Below are positions 35,941 through 44,423 of a stretch of DNA of 64,000 nucleotides, one piece after another. The DNA is from Pseudomonadota bacterium (GTDB taxonomy: Bacteria; Pseudomonadota; Gammaproteobacteria; Steroidobacterales; Steroidobacteraceae). The stretch is from positions 5,424-69,423 of the forward strand of contig JAFEDU010000008.1 in NCBI GenBank assembly GCA_018241425.1, written 5' to 3'. Under the pieces are notes generated by a model. It did not search any database. It was not told the DNA's origin and saw only the letters and a list, made by a program, of their open reading frames with translations. Numbering within the stretch: position 1 is the stretch's first letter; every line of letters starts with the position of its first letter. The position numbers and the translations under genes are program-made.

Positions 35941-36840
35941 GTGGCACGGCGCGCATTGCAGTTGCGGGAGGGGGCGGCCCCGGTGTGGGACCGCCTGCTC
36001 ACCATGGTGTTCCTGGCCGGCCTCCTCCACGGCCTCGTGATCCTGGGCCTCACCTTCAACGCCAACGCCAAGGACAAGGGCGACCCCCCGGGGCTGGAGG
36101 TGATCCTGGTCTCCGACGAGCTGCCGGAGGCGGACAAGAACCCCACGGCCACCTACCTCGCGCAGCGCACCCAGGTCGGCTCCGGTAACACCCGGAAGGC
36201 CGTTGCCCCGCGCAACCGCACCTCCTCGCTCCCGAGCCTCAGGCACAAGGGGACGCCCGAGGGCACCTCGCTCGCGAGCGAGGGCCAGCGCGCCGGCAGC
36301 GCCGCGGACGAGCGCGTGCTCACCACCATCGCCTGGAGCACCAGCATCCACTACCTGGCCGACGAGGGTGGCGAGGGCAGCGCGCGCGACCAGCCGCTGC
36401 TCTTCGACCAGCCGCAGACCGCCGAGCCCGGGCCCGACGAGGAGGGCCCGGCGCAGGTGCGCGGCGACAAGCGCGACGAGCTGTGGGTCACCCCGGACAC
36501 GCGCGCGGCAACGCTCGCCCCGTACCTGGATGCCTGGCGGCGCAAGGTCGAGCGCATCGGGACCCTCAACTACCCCACGGTGGCGAAGGTAGCCGGCGCC
36601 GTGGCGAGCCCGGTGGTCGAGGTCGGCATCGGCGCGGACGGCAAGCTCGACCGCGTGCTCATCCGCCGCACGAGCGGCAGCCCGGAGCTCGACCAGGCGG
36701 CGCTCGAGATCCTGAAGCTCGCCAGCCCCTTCGACCCCTTCCCGCCCGAACTCGCGCGCCAGTACCGCGTGCTGCGCTTTGCCTACGAGTGGCAGTTCTC
36801 CGACGGCCGCACCGGCCGGGGGGCGGTATCGGTTCCTTGA
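35941..36840 (+). CDS. tonB: TonB-family energy transducer (position equivalent to Pseudomonas tonB3 next to gshB)
   Basis: GTG start, one N-terminal TM helix (MVFLAGLLHGLVILGL) and a C-terminal TonB-like domain (NYPTVAKVAGAVASPVVEVGIGADGKLDRVLIRRTSGSPELDQAALEIL). Confidence 0.85.
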   Translation: MARRALQLREGAAPVWDRLLTMVFLAGLLHGLVILGLTFNANAKDKGDPPGLEVILVSDELPEADKNPTATYLAQRTQVGSGNTRKAVAPRNRTSSLPSLRHKGTPEGTSLASEGQRAGSAADERVLTTIAWSTSIHYLADEGGEGSARDQPLLFDQPQTAEPGPDEEGPAQVRGDKRDELWVTPDTRAATLAPYLDAWRRKVERIGTLNYPTVAKVAGAVASPVVEVGIGADGKLDRVLIRRTSGSPELDQAALEILKLASPFDPFPPELARQYRVLRFAYEWQFSDGRTGRGAVSVP

Positions 36841-36871
36841 GACTGCCCAAGGCCATGCCCATACTGTCGGC

Positions 36872-37525
36872 ATGGTGAGCGGGTGCGGACCGGACGAGGA
36901 CGAGGACGAGAGCGAGGCGGTGGCCGAGGCCGAGGACGCACCGTCCGGCCCGCCGTTCGCGGAGAGCCCGCCCGGGAGCCTCACGAACCACCTCCTGATC
37001 GCGATGCCGCAGCTGAACGACCCGAACTTCGCCCAGACCGTGGCCCTGATCTGCGAGCACACCGACCGGGGTGCCCTGGGCATCGTGCTCAACAAGCCCC
37101 TGCCGATGAAGCTCTCCGACGTGCTCTCGCAGATGAAGCTCGAGCCCTCCACCGAGCACATCGCCGAGCAGCCGGTCCTGCGCGGCGGCCCGGTGCACAC
37201 CGACCGCGGCTTCGTGCTGCACCGGCCGGGCGGCAACTGGGACCACACCCACAAGGTCTCCGAGGACATCCAGGTCACGACCTCGCGCGACGTGCTCGCC
37301 GCCATGGCCCGCGGGGAGGGTCCGGGGGATGCCTTCATCGCCCTGGGCTACGCGGGCTGGGAGTCCGGGCAGCTCGAGCGCGAGATGAAGGACAACGCCT
37401 GGGCCTCCGTGCCGGTCGACCCGCGCGTGGTCTTCGAGCTGCCCTTCACCGAACGCTGGACCGGCGCCTGGCGCCTGCTCGGCATCGACGTGCAGCGCCT
37501 GGGTCCCGAGGCCGGCCATGCCTGA
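36872..37525 (+). CDS. YqgE/AlgH family protein
   Basis: ATG 36872 in the frame of ORF 36779..37525. Motif LLIAMPQLNDPNFAQTVALICEHTDRGALGIVLNKP. Acidic N-terminal extension. Confidence 0.9.
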   Translation: MVSGCGPDEDEDESEAVAEAEDAPSGPPFAESPPGSLTNHLLIAMPQLNDPNFAQTVALICEHTDRGALGIVLNKPLPMKLSDVLSQMKLEPSTEHIAEQPVLRGGPVHTDRGFVLHRPGGNWDHTHKVSEDIQVTTSRDVLAAMARGEGPGDAFIALGYAGWESGQLEREMKDNAWASVPVDPRVVFELPFTERWTGAWRLLGIDVQRLGPEAGHA

Positions 37526-37543
37526 GCGGCACCGCCCGCCAGC

Positions 37544-38008
37544 ATGACCTCCCCGGAAACCGTCCTCGCCTTCGACTTTGGGCTGAAGCGCATCGGCATC
37601 GCCGCCGGTGACACGCTCACGGGCACGGCCGCACCGCGGCCCGCGGCCACGAACGGCCCGGCAGGCCCGGACTGGGCGGCGATCGGGCGCGAGGTGCGCG
37701 CCTTCGGCCCCGGGCGCTTGGTGGTCGGACACCCGTATAATGTCGACGGCAGCGAGAGCACCGTGGCCCCGGCCGCGCGCGACTTCGCCGCCGCACTCGC
37801 GCACCGCTTCGCCCTGCCCGTGCACCTGGTGGATGAGCGCTTCTCCTCGCTCGAGGCGACGGCGGCGCTCAGGAGCGCGCGCGCCGACGGCAGCCGGCGG
37901 CGGCGCGTGGCGAAGTCGGACATCGACAGTGCGGCGGCCGCGGTGATCCTCGGCCGGTTTTTCCAGGGGGAAGGCAGTCCGTTGAACGTGGATACCCAGG
38001 CGCCATGA
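37544..38008 (+). CDS. ruvX: Holliday junction resolvase-like RuvX (YqgF)
   Basis: 154 aa with VLAFDFGLKRIGIAAGD and LVVGHPYNVDGSES. The stop overlaps the pyrB start (ATGA). Confidence 0.9.
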   Translation: MTSPETVLAFDFGLKRIGIAAGDTLTGTAAPRPAATNGPAGPDWAAIGREVRAFGPGRLVVGHPYNVDGSESTVAPAARDFAAALAHRFALPVHLVDERFSSLEATAALRSARADGSRRRRVAKSDIDSAAAAVILGRFFQGEGSPLNVDTQAP

Positions 38009-38964
38009 CCGATCAGCTGCGCACCGACGGCACGCTGCGCCACCTGCTCACGCTCGAGGGGCTGCCGAAGTCCCTGCTCGAGCACCTGCTCGAGCGCTCG
38101 CAGAGCTTCGTGCGCCCGCTGGGGTCGCCGCCCGCGCTGAGCAACGTGCTGAACGGCGCCACCGTGGCGAACCTCTTCACCGAGCCCTCCACGCGCACGC
38201 GCGTGAGCTTCGAGCTAGCCGCCAAGCGCCTCGGCGCCCAGGTGGTGAACCTCGAGTTGCAGCTGTCCTCGCGGGTCAAGGGCGAGAGCATGCTCGACAC
38301 GGTCTACACGCTGGAGTCGCTGCACGTGGACGCCTTCGTGATCCGCGACGCCGAGGTGGGGGTGCCGGCCCTGGTCGCTGGGCACGTCGCCCCGCACGTG
38401 AGCGTGCTGTCCGCGGGCGAGGCGCACGTCGCGCACCCCACCCAGGGGCTGCTCGATGCGCTCACGATCCTGCAGCGCCGCCAGCGGTTCGCGGGGCTCT
38501 CGGTGGCCATCGTCGGCGACATCCGCCACTCGCGCGTGGCGCGCTCGGGCTGGCACGTGCTGAGGACGCTGGGGGTGACGGACCTGCGCATCGTCGCCCC
38601 GCCGGCCCTCATGCCGGCCGCGGAGGAATTCCCGGGGGTGGCGCGCTTCACCAGCCTCGACGCCGGGCTCGACGGCGCCGACGTCATCATGATGCTGCGC
38701 ATCCAGAAGGAGCGCATGGGCGATGCCGACCTGCCGGAGGGCACGGGATACTTCCGCGCCTGGGGACTCACGCCGCAGCGCCTGAAGCTTGCGCGCCCGG
38801 ATGCCATCGTCATGCACCCGCAGCCGATGAACCGCGGCATCGAGATCGCCTCGGAGGTGGCCGACGGGCCGCAGTCGGTGATCCGGGACCAGGTGCGCAA
38901 TGGCGTCGCCGTGCGCATGGCGGTGCTCGCGGAAGCCCTCACCTCGCGCGGGGGCCGCGCATGA
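38005..38964 (+). CDS. pyrB: aspartate carbamoyltransferase catalytic subunit
   Basis: 319 aa with FTEPSTRTRVSFE, HPTQGLLD and HPQPMNRGIEI motifs. Confidence 0.95.
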   Translation: MTDQLRTDGTLRHLLTLEGLPKSLLEHLLERSQSFVRPLGSPPALSNVLNGATVANLFTEPSTRTRVSFELAAKRLGAQVVNLELQLSSRVKGESMLDTVYTLESLHVDAFVIRDAEVGVPALVAGHVAPHVSVLSAGEAHVAHPTQGLLDALTILQRRQRFAGLSVAIVGDIRHSRVARSGWHVLRTLGVTDLRIVAPPALMPAAEEFPGVARFTSLDAGLDGADVIMMLRIQKERMGDADLPEGTGYFRAWGLTPQRLKLARPDAIVMHPQPMNRGIEIASEVADGPQSVIRDQVRNGVAVRMAVLAEALTSRGGRA

Positions 38965-39833
38965 GCCGCGCCGACCGCGGCACCATCTTTCTCGAGGCCG
39001 GGACGGTGCTGAGCCACCTGGCCTACGACGCGGAGCAGTTCGTGCTGCGCCTGGCGGCCCCCAAGTGCGCCGCGCACGCGCGGCCGGGGAGCTTCGCGCA
39101 CCTGACCTGCGATGCCGCCATCCCCATGCGCCGCCCGCTGTCGATCATGCGCGCGGATGCCCAGGCGGGCTGGATCGAGATCCTCTACAAGGTCGTGGGC
39201 CCAGGCCTGCACGCGCTCGCCGCCCGCAAGGCGGGCGACACGATCTCGGTGCTGGGCCCGATCGGGCAGCCGTTCAGGGTGAGCCCGGAGCGCCCGCGCA
39301 CGCTCCTGATCGGCGGCGGCGTCGGCATCCCGCCGATGGTGTTCCTCGCCGAGACCCTGAAGGCGGACGCGCGCTACAAGCCGCTCGTGCTCATGGGCTC
39401 GGAGGTGCCGTTCCCGTTCCGCACCCGGCCCTCCTCCATCCTGGTCGGCGGCGTGCCGGAAGGCTCGATCGCCTGCATGCCGCTGCTCGAGGAGTGGCGC
39501 GTGCCGAGCCGCCTTGCGAGCAAGTCGGACTTCCCGGGCTGCTTCCCGGGCTTCGTCACCGAGCTTGCCGACCACTGGCTGTCCTCGCTGGCCCCGGCGC
39601 ACCTTCGGGAAGTGGAGATCTTCGCCTGCGGGCCGACGCCGATGCTGAAGGCGACCGCGGCGCTGGCCCGCCGCCACGGAGTGAAGGCGCAGGTGTCGCT
39701 CGAGGAGTTCATGGCCTGCGCGGTCGGCGGCTGCGCCGGCTGCACGGTCGAGGTGAAGACACCCGCGGGACCTGCGATGAAGCGCGTGTGCGTCGACGGG
39801 CCGGTCTTCGACGCCGAGGCGGTGTTCGGGTGA
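38961..39833 (+). CDS. PyrK-like FAD/[2Fe-2S] electron-transfer subunit (dihydroorotate dehydrogenase B partner type)
   Basis: 290 aa with RRPLSIM (FAD RxYS-like), LLIGGGVGIPPM and the C-terminal Cys cluster CAVGGCAGCTV...RVCVDGPVF. The start overlaps the pyrB stop. Confidence 0.8.
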   Translation: MSRADRGTIFLEAGTVLSHLAYDAEQFVLRLAAPKCAAHARPGSFAHLTCDAAIPMRRPLSIMRADAQAGWIEILYKVVGPGLHALAARKAGDTISVLGPIGQPFRVSPERPRTLLIGGGVGIPPMVFLAETLKADARYKPLVLMGSEVPFPFRTRPSSILVGGVPEGSIACMPLLEEWRVPSRLASKSDFPGCFPGFVTELADHWLSSLAPAHLREVEIFACGPTPMLKATAALARRHGVKAQVSLEEFMACAVGGCAGCTVEVKTPAGPAMKRVCVDGPVFDAEAVFG

Positions 39834-40378
39834 GGGGACGTCGCCTCCCGGCCTGGCGCACCCTCCTGGCCGGCGGCGCGTTCCTCGCCCTCGCCGCGGG
39901 CTGCGAGACCGGCCGCGAGCCGCCGCTCACGCGCCCGCAGGCGATCGCCGAGCTTGCCGCGATCGCCGACATCGACGGGGTGATGGCGCGCACGCAGTCC
40001 GACGCCCTCGCCCGCAGCCGCGTCGCGATCGACCGCGCGCGGGCGCAGTTCGCAGGCCAGCTCGACAACCTCAGCGCCCCGCAGCGCGAGCGCCTGGAGG
40101 CGGCGACCGACCGGTTCGTGAGCGCCTCGCGCAGCATGCTCGACCCGCAGGCCGCCGCGGCCGTGTGGGCCCAGGCCTTCGCCGGAAACCTAAGCGACGA
40201 GGACCTGCGCCAGGTCGTGCAGTTCGCGCACACCCCGGCGGGTCGCCAGGAACTGTCCGGCAGCGTAGCGGCGACCGCGCAGCTGCAGGACTACCTCACC
40301 CGCCAGCGCGAGGCGGCCACCGACAAGGCCTACCAGCAGTACCTGTCCGACCTCGCCGCGATCGCCCGCGGGCGCTGA
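39830..40378 (+). CDS. hypothetical lipoprotein
   Basis: GTG 39830 overlaps the upstream TGA (GTGA). Lipobox LALAAGC. Helical Ala/Gln/Arg-rich body. 182 aa. Confidence 0.65.
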   Translation: MRGRRLPAWRTLLAGGAFLALAAGCETGREPPLTRPQAIAELAAIADIDGVMARTQSDALARSRVAIDRARAQFAGQLDNLSAPQRERLEAATDRFVSASRSMLDPQAAAAVWAQAFAGNLSDEDLRQVVQFAHTPAGRQELSGSVAATAQLQDYLTRQREAATDKAYQQYLSDLAAIARGR

Positions 40379-40406
40379 GCGCTCTGAGTTGGGGTCTCGC
40401 CAGGCA

Positions 40407-42338
40407 TCAGTGGCGGCTAGGCCGGCTGAGACGCATCGTTTGCAGGACAGGACGCGCGCCGTGCTTGACCTGCGCAGTACCTGCGGGAATGGAGATGAAG
40501 GTGCCGGCGAGGATCTGCACTCCGCCACCTCGGTTGAACGCCACCCCGTTACTGCCCCAGGTAAGCATGTGGGTGTGCAGCATCGGGTCGAAATCGTCGT
40601 AGCCGAGGTCAATGATCGAGCGGAACGCGAGCGTCGCGGCATCGTAGGTCAGCAGATAGAGGTGCTCGACGGTCGCGAGCACGAAAACACGTTGATTGGC
40701 CAAGTCGGGCAGCACCGCCACGAGATTCGGCAGACCCAGGACAGTGCCCATCTGCGGCGGCAGCTGCAGTTGCCCGACGATGGCCCCGCTCGCGGCGTCG
40801 CGCACGTAGCCGGATTGCTCGTAGATCATCCCCCCAGCGTAGGCAATGCCCACCACGGCATCCGTGGCACTGGTCGGCGTCAGGTCGATGCTCGAGGAGA
40901 CCCCCAGCCCGCCGCTCCCCAGAGCCACCTGATCGAGCGCTTCGACGAAGGGCAGCTGATAGGAATAGCGGTAGGCGTAGAGAGTGGTGGCCGTGGAACC
41001 TATGCTGAGCGAGTCGGGACTCGCATTGGGACCGAGGGAGCCGAGGCCTTGCGCGCGGGGAGTCGCGTCGTCGAAGACCCAGGTGCCCCCGGTACCCAGC
41101 CCGCTCGGATAGCGTAGCGCCGCGATCAGCGTGTGCGGGGCGCCGGGAGCCACCAGCAGCTGCGCGGCGATGTTCGGCTGCGCCTGCGGGTTGCCCGAGG
41201 ATCCCAGCGGAATGTCGATGTCGGCACTCAGGGGCAGCGTGGCCCGGTGAACCACCGGGTCCACGGCCGAGCCGGCGTAAATCAGGCTGCCGTCGTCGGA
41301 GACCGCCAGCGTGGCCAGCCCCTCGGCGAACGTCAGCTGCGTACCGAGGGCCCCGGTGGCCGGGTTGATCTGGGTGATGGCTGCAGTGAACGGGCTGTTG
41401 AGATAGCCGGCCAGGGCGCTGGCATAGAGCCTCTGGCCCGCACCGTCGTAGGCAAGGTCCGTGACGCCACCGCCAGCCGCGGTCTGCAGGGTGTATTCCT
41501 TGCCCTTCGTCAGGTAGACCGTGTAATCGATCGGCTCGACGACGGGACTGCCCTGGACCTGCTGCGTGCACGCCTGGTCGTAGCACAACTCGAAAGTCAC
41601 TGACGAGTTGAAATAGCCGGAGCCCAGACTGGCGGGACTTACCAGCGATGCCGTGAACTCGACATCGACACCGGTCTGAGCGCCGAACAGCGGCTCCTCG
41701 ACGTAACTGAGCTGAGTGACGAATCCGGAAGTCGGTTGGGTCAGGCGCAGAAAGAGCCCCGCCGCGGGGAGGTTGTAAACCGCGACGTCGAATGTCGCCT
41801 GCTGCGGTGTCGTGGTCGCGGTCACGTCCGTATAGCTTGCGAACGGGGGTGTCACAGTGAACGTGACCGGTCCCAGCGAGCCGTTATTCGTCACCGTGTA
41901 TGAGACCTGCACCGAAAGCGGCGCCCCGCTCACGGGCTTGCCGCAGGCCGCATCCTCACAGATGTTCAACTGTACCGTGCCCTGGTAGGTCCCGGCCCCG
42001 AGCGCGGCCGGCACGGGAAAGTCCACGGTGAGAGCCCCGGAACTGCTCGAGCTCCAGGCGAAACTCGCACTGGCGATCGCGGTACCGCTGTACGTGAGCT
42101 GGTAGAACAGCTGCCCCGTGGGAGGATTGGCGACACTCACGTCGAGGATTGCCGCGGTGGGAGCGCCCTGCGATGTATCCGCCGTGACCTGCACGACGTT
42201 AGCGCTGAGGGAAACGATGGGGGTCAGCGCGGGAGGCGGCGGGGGCGGTGCCGTGTTGTCGGTGGTACCCCCACCACCCCCACAGCCGCCGAGCACGAGG
42301 CACGCCGCGACCATGAGGTACAGGAAGGAATTGCGCAT
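40407..42338 (-). CDS. large lipoprotein: two Cys-containing Ig/BACON-like modules plus a beta-propeller-like C-terminal region
   Basis: ATG 42338 (MRNSFLYLMVAACLVLGGCGGGG lipobox) in ORF 40407..42488, followed by a poly-Pro linker. Two modules each end C-x-D-x-A-C ... G(A/S)P ... YTV. Lower GC than neighbouring genes. Confidence 0.75.
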   Translation of the reverse strand: MRNSFLYLMVAACLVLGGCGGGGGTTDNTAPPPPPPALTPIVSLSANVVQVTADTSQGAPTAAILDVSVANPPTGQLFYQLTYSGTAIASASFAWSSSSSGALTVDFPVPAALGAGTYQGTVQLNICEDAACGKPVSGAPLSVQVSYTVTNNGSLGPVTFTVTPPFASYTDVTATTTPQQATFDVAVYNLPAAGLFLRLTQPTSGFVTQLSYVEEPLFGAQTGVDVEFTASLVSPASLGSGYFNSSVTFELCYDQACTQQVQGSPVVEPIDYTVYLTKGKEYTLQTAAGGGVTDLAYDGAGQRLYASALAGYLNSPFTAAITQINPATGALGTQLTFAEGLATLAVSDDGSLIYAGSAVDPVVHRATLPLSADIDIPLGSSGNPQAQPNIAAQLLVAPGAPHTLIAALRYPSGLGTGGTWVFDDATPRAQGLGSLGPNASPDSLSIGSTATTLYAYRYSYQLPFVEALDQVALGSGGLGVSSSIDLTPTSATDAVVGIAYAGGMIYEQSGYVRDAASGAIVGQLQLPPQMGTVLGLPNLVAVLPDLANQRVFVLATVEHLYLLTYDAATLAFRSIIDLGYDDFDPMLHTHMLTWGSNGVAFNRGGGVQILAGTFISIPAGTAQVKHGARPVLQTMRLSRPSRH

Positions 42339-42498
42339 ACCCACAGATCCTTGGCACGCGTACGCGTATGGAACCACGCGGCGCTTCTTGTTGTTGCGCC
42401 CATGATGGCGCACCGAACTGACGCCGTCCACATTGCAGCTACCGCGGCGCAGCAGTCGCAGCCGGATCGCAGGTTGCGTGGCTGCCAACGACCCCCCC

Positions 42499-42536
42499 CC
42501 AAAAGAAAACGGGCGGCCCGTCCGAAGGCCGCCCGT
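42499..42536 (-). terminator. rho-independent terminator of the 42561..43151 gene
   Basis: 10-bp GC stem (acgggcggcc / ggccgcccgt, 42509-42518 and 42527-42536) followed on the minus strand by TTTCTTTTGG. Confidence 0.6.
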
Positions 42537-42560
42537 CCTCGTCTGCTTCGCGTTACGCGA

Positions 42561-43151
42561 TTACTTCGTGACGCCGTTGTGCTTCTTGTTGTAGATGCGG
42601 TTGCTCTGGTGGTTCTCGGAGCCCTGGATGCGGGCCTGCTCGCCGGCGCTCACGTGGCCGTTGGCGGCCGCATTGGCCTCCTTGCGGTCGACGTGCGCCT
42701 GGCCGCGCTCCAGTGAACCGGCTTCCTTGTTGGTGAGCGAGCCGTTGCGCATGCCGTTGTTGATGCGCTCCTGCTGGTTCACGTTGCGCTGCACGTCGGC
42801 CTGCATGCGCTGCGAGGAGGCGGAGTTGGGGTTGCCCTTCACGGCGTTGTGCTTGTCGTTGTAGATGGCGTTGCTCTCCTTGTTCTGCATGGAGTTGAGC
42901 TTCGCCTGCTCGCTGGCGCTGATCGAGCCGTTCTTGAGGTCCTTGGCCTCCTGGCGGTCGATGGCCTGCTGGCCGCGCTCGAGCTGGCCGGCCTCCTTGG
43001 TGGACAGCTGGCCGGACTGCAGCCCCTGCTCGATGCGGGACTGCTGGTTCACGTCGCGCTGCTGATCGTCGGTCGCGCGGGTCTGCGCGAGCGCCGTACC
43101 GGTGAACAGGGCACCTACGATCAGGCTCGCCCCCACGATCTGCTTAACCAT
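42561..43151 (-). CDS. secreted protein made of two tandem ~72-aa repeats, unknown function
   Basis: ATG 43151 (MVKQIVGASLIVGALFTGTALA signal peptide). Residues 32-103 and 122-193 are clear duplicates (R-VNQQ-RI--G---G-L--KEAG-LERGQ---DR-EA ... NG--SA-EQA ... SN-IYN-KHN-V). Confidence 0.75.
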   Translation of the reverse strand: MVKQIVGASLIVGALFTGTALAQTRATDDQQRDVNQQSRIEQGLQSGQLSTKEAGQLERGQQAIDRQEAKDLKNGSISASEQAKLNSMQNKESNAIYNDKHNAVKGNPNSASSQRMQADVQRNVNQQERINNGMRNGSLTNKEAGSLERGQAHVDRKEANAAANGHVSAGEQARIQGSENHQSNRIYNKKHNGVTK

Positions 43152-43265
43152 AAGTAACCTGCCTTGCGTGTATACGGGTGTAAGCACCCGCGATGAACCC
43201 TAGAACGTGGCACCCGGGAGCCGGATGACAAGGGAGTGGGCGGCCGCCGCGGCCGCGGCCGTCGT

Positions 43266-44423
43266 TCAGCCGAAGTTAATCTTCGCTTCCAGGTTGGCGC
43301 GCGAGTCGGCGTGCAGCAGGGCCTCTTCCATGCCGATGCGGCCCTGCTTGAAGAGCGTGTGCAACGCCGCATCGAAGCTCTGGATGCCCTTCTCGCCCGA
43401 GAGGTTGATCGCCTCCTTGATCGAGACGACGTCGCCCTTCTTGACCAGCGTGCCGATGTGCGGCGTGTTGATCATGATCTCCACCGCTGCGAGGCGGCGG
43501 CTGTCCTTACCCATCACCAGGCGCTGCGCCATGATGGCGCGCAGGTACTGCGACAGGTCGAGGAAGATCTGGTTGTGCTGCTCGCGCGGGAACATGTTGA
43601 TGATGCGGTCGAGCGACTCGGCGCAGTTGTTGGCGTGCAGCGTCGCCAGCACCAGGTGCCCGGTGCCGGAGAGGTTGATCGCCGCCTCCATGCCGTCCTT
43701 GTCGCGGATCTCGCCGATCAGGATCACGTCCGGGGCGGCGCGCACCACGCCGCGCAGTGCGCGCGCATAGCTCTTGGTGTCCAGCCCCACCTCGCGCTGG
43801 TTGACGATCGAGCGCTTGTTGGTGTGCAGGAACTCGATCGGGTCCTCGATGGTGACGATGTGGTCCGAGGAGTTCTCGTTGCGGTAGTTGAGCATCGCCG
43901 CGAGCGTCGTGGACTTGCCCGAGCCGGTCGAGCCGACCATCAGGATCAGGCCGCGCTTGAGGAGCACGAGCTCGGAGATGATGTCCGGGAGCCCCAACGA
44001 GTCCAGCCGCGGCATGTCGGCGGTGATGTAGCGCATCACCATCGCCGGGTAGCCGCGCTGCATGAACACGTTGACGCGGAAGCGGCCGAGCCCGGGCTCG
44101 GAGACCGCGAAGTCCAGCTCCCATTCCTTCTGGAAGTGCTCGCGCTGCTCGTTGCTCATGAGCGCGAACGCCGTCTGGCGCACGGTCTCGGGGGTCAGCA
44201 CCTGCTTGTTGACCGGCAGGATCTGGCCCTCGATCTTGATCTTGATGGGCGCGTTGGAGGTGAAGAACAGGTCGGAAGCCTTCTTCTCCACCATCAGCTT
44301 GAACAGCGGCTTGGTGTTGAGCGTCGGGTGGCGCCCGGTGACGGCCGCCGCCACCGCCTCCGCGGTCCCCGTGGACGAGGAGGACTGCGCGGCTTCGGCG
44401 GCCTGCTCCTTGGCCGCCTTCAC
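43266..44423 (-). CDS. PilT/PilU-family type IV pilus ATPase, divergent paralogue
   Basis: GTG 44423 overlaps the upstream TGA. Walker A GSTGSGKST, TIEDPIEF and GHLVLATLHANN. About 40-aa Ala/Ser-rich N-terminal extension. Confidence 0.9.
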   Translation of the reverse strand: MKAAKEQAAEAAQSSSSTGTAEAVAAAVTGRHPTLNTKPLFKLMVEKKASDLFFTSNAPIKIKIEGQILPVNKQVLTPETVRQTAFALMSNEQREHFQKEWELDFAVSEPGLGRFRVNVFMQRGYPAMVMRYITADMPRLDSLGLPDIISELVLLKRGLILMVGSTGSGKSTTLAAMLNYRNENSSDHIVTIEDPIEFLHTNKRSIVNQREVGLDTKSYARALRGVVRAAPDVILIGEIRDKDGMEAAINLSGTGHLVLATLHANNCAESLDRIINMFPREQHNQIFLDLSQYLRAIMAQRLVMGKDSRRLAAVEIMINTPHIGTLVKKGDVVSIKEAINLSGEKGIQSFDAALHTLFKQGRIGMEEALLHADSRANLEAKINFG

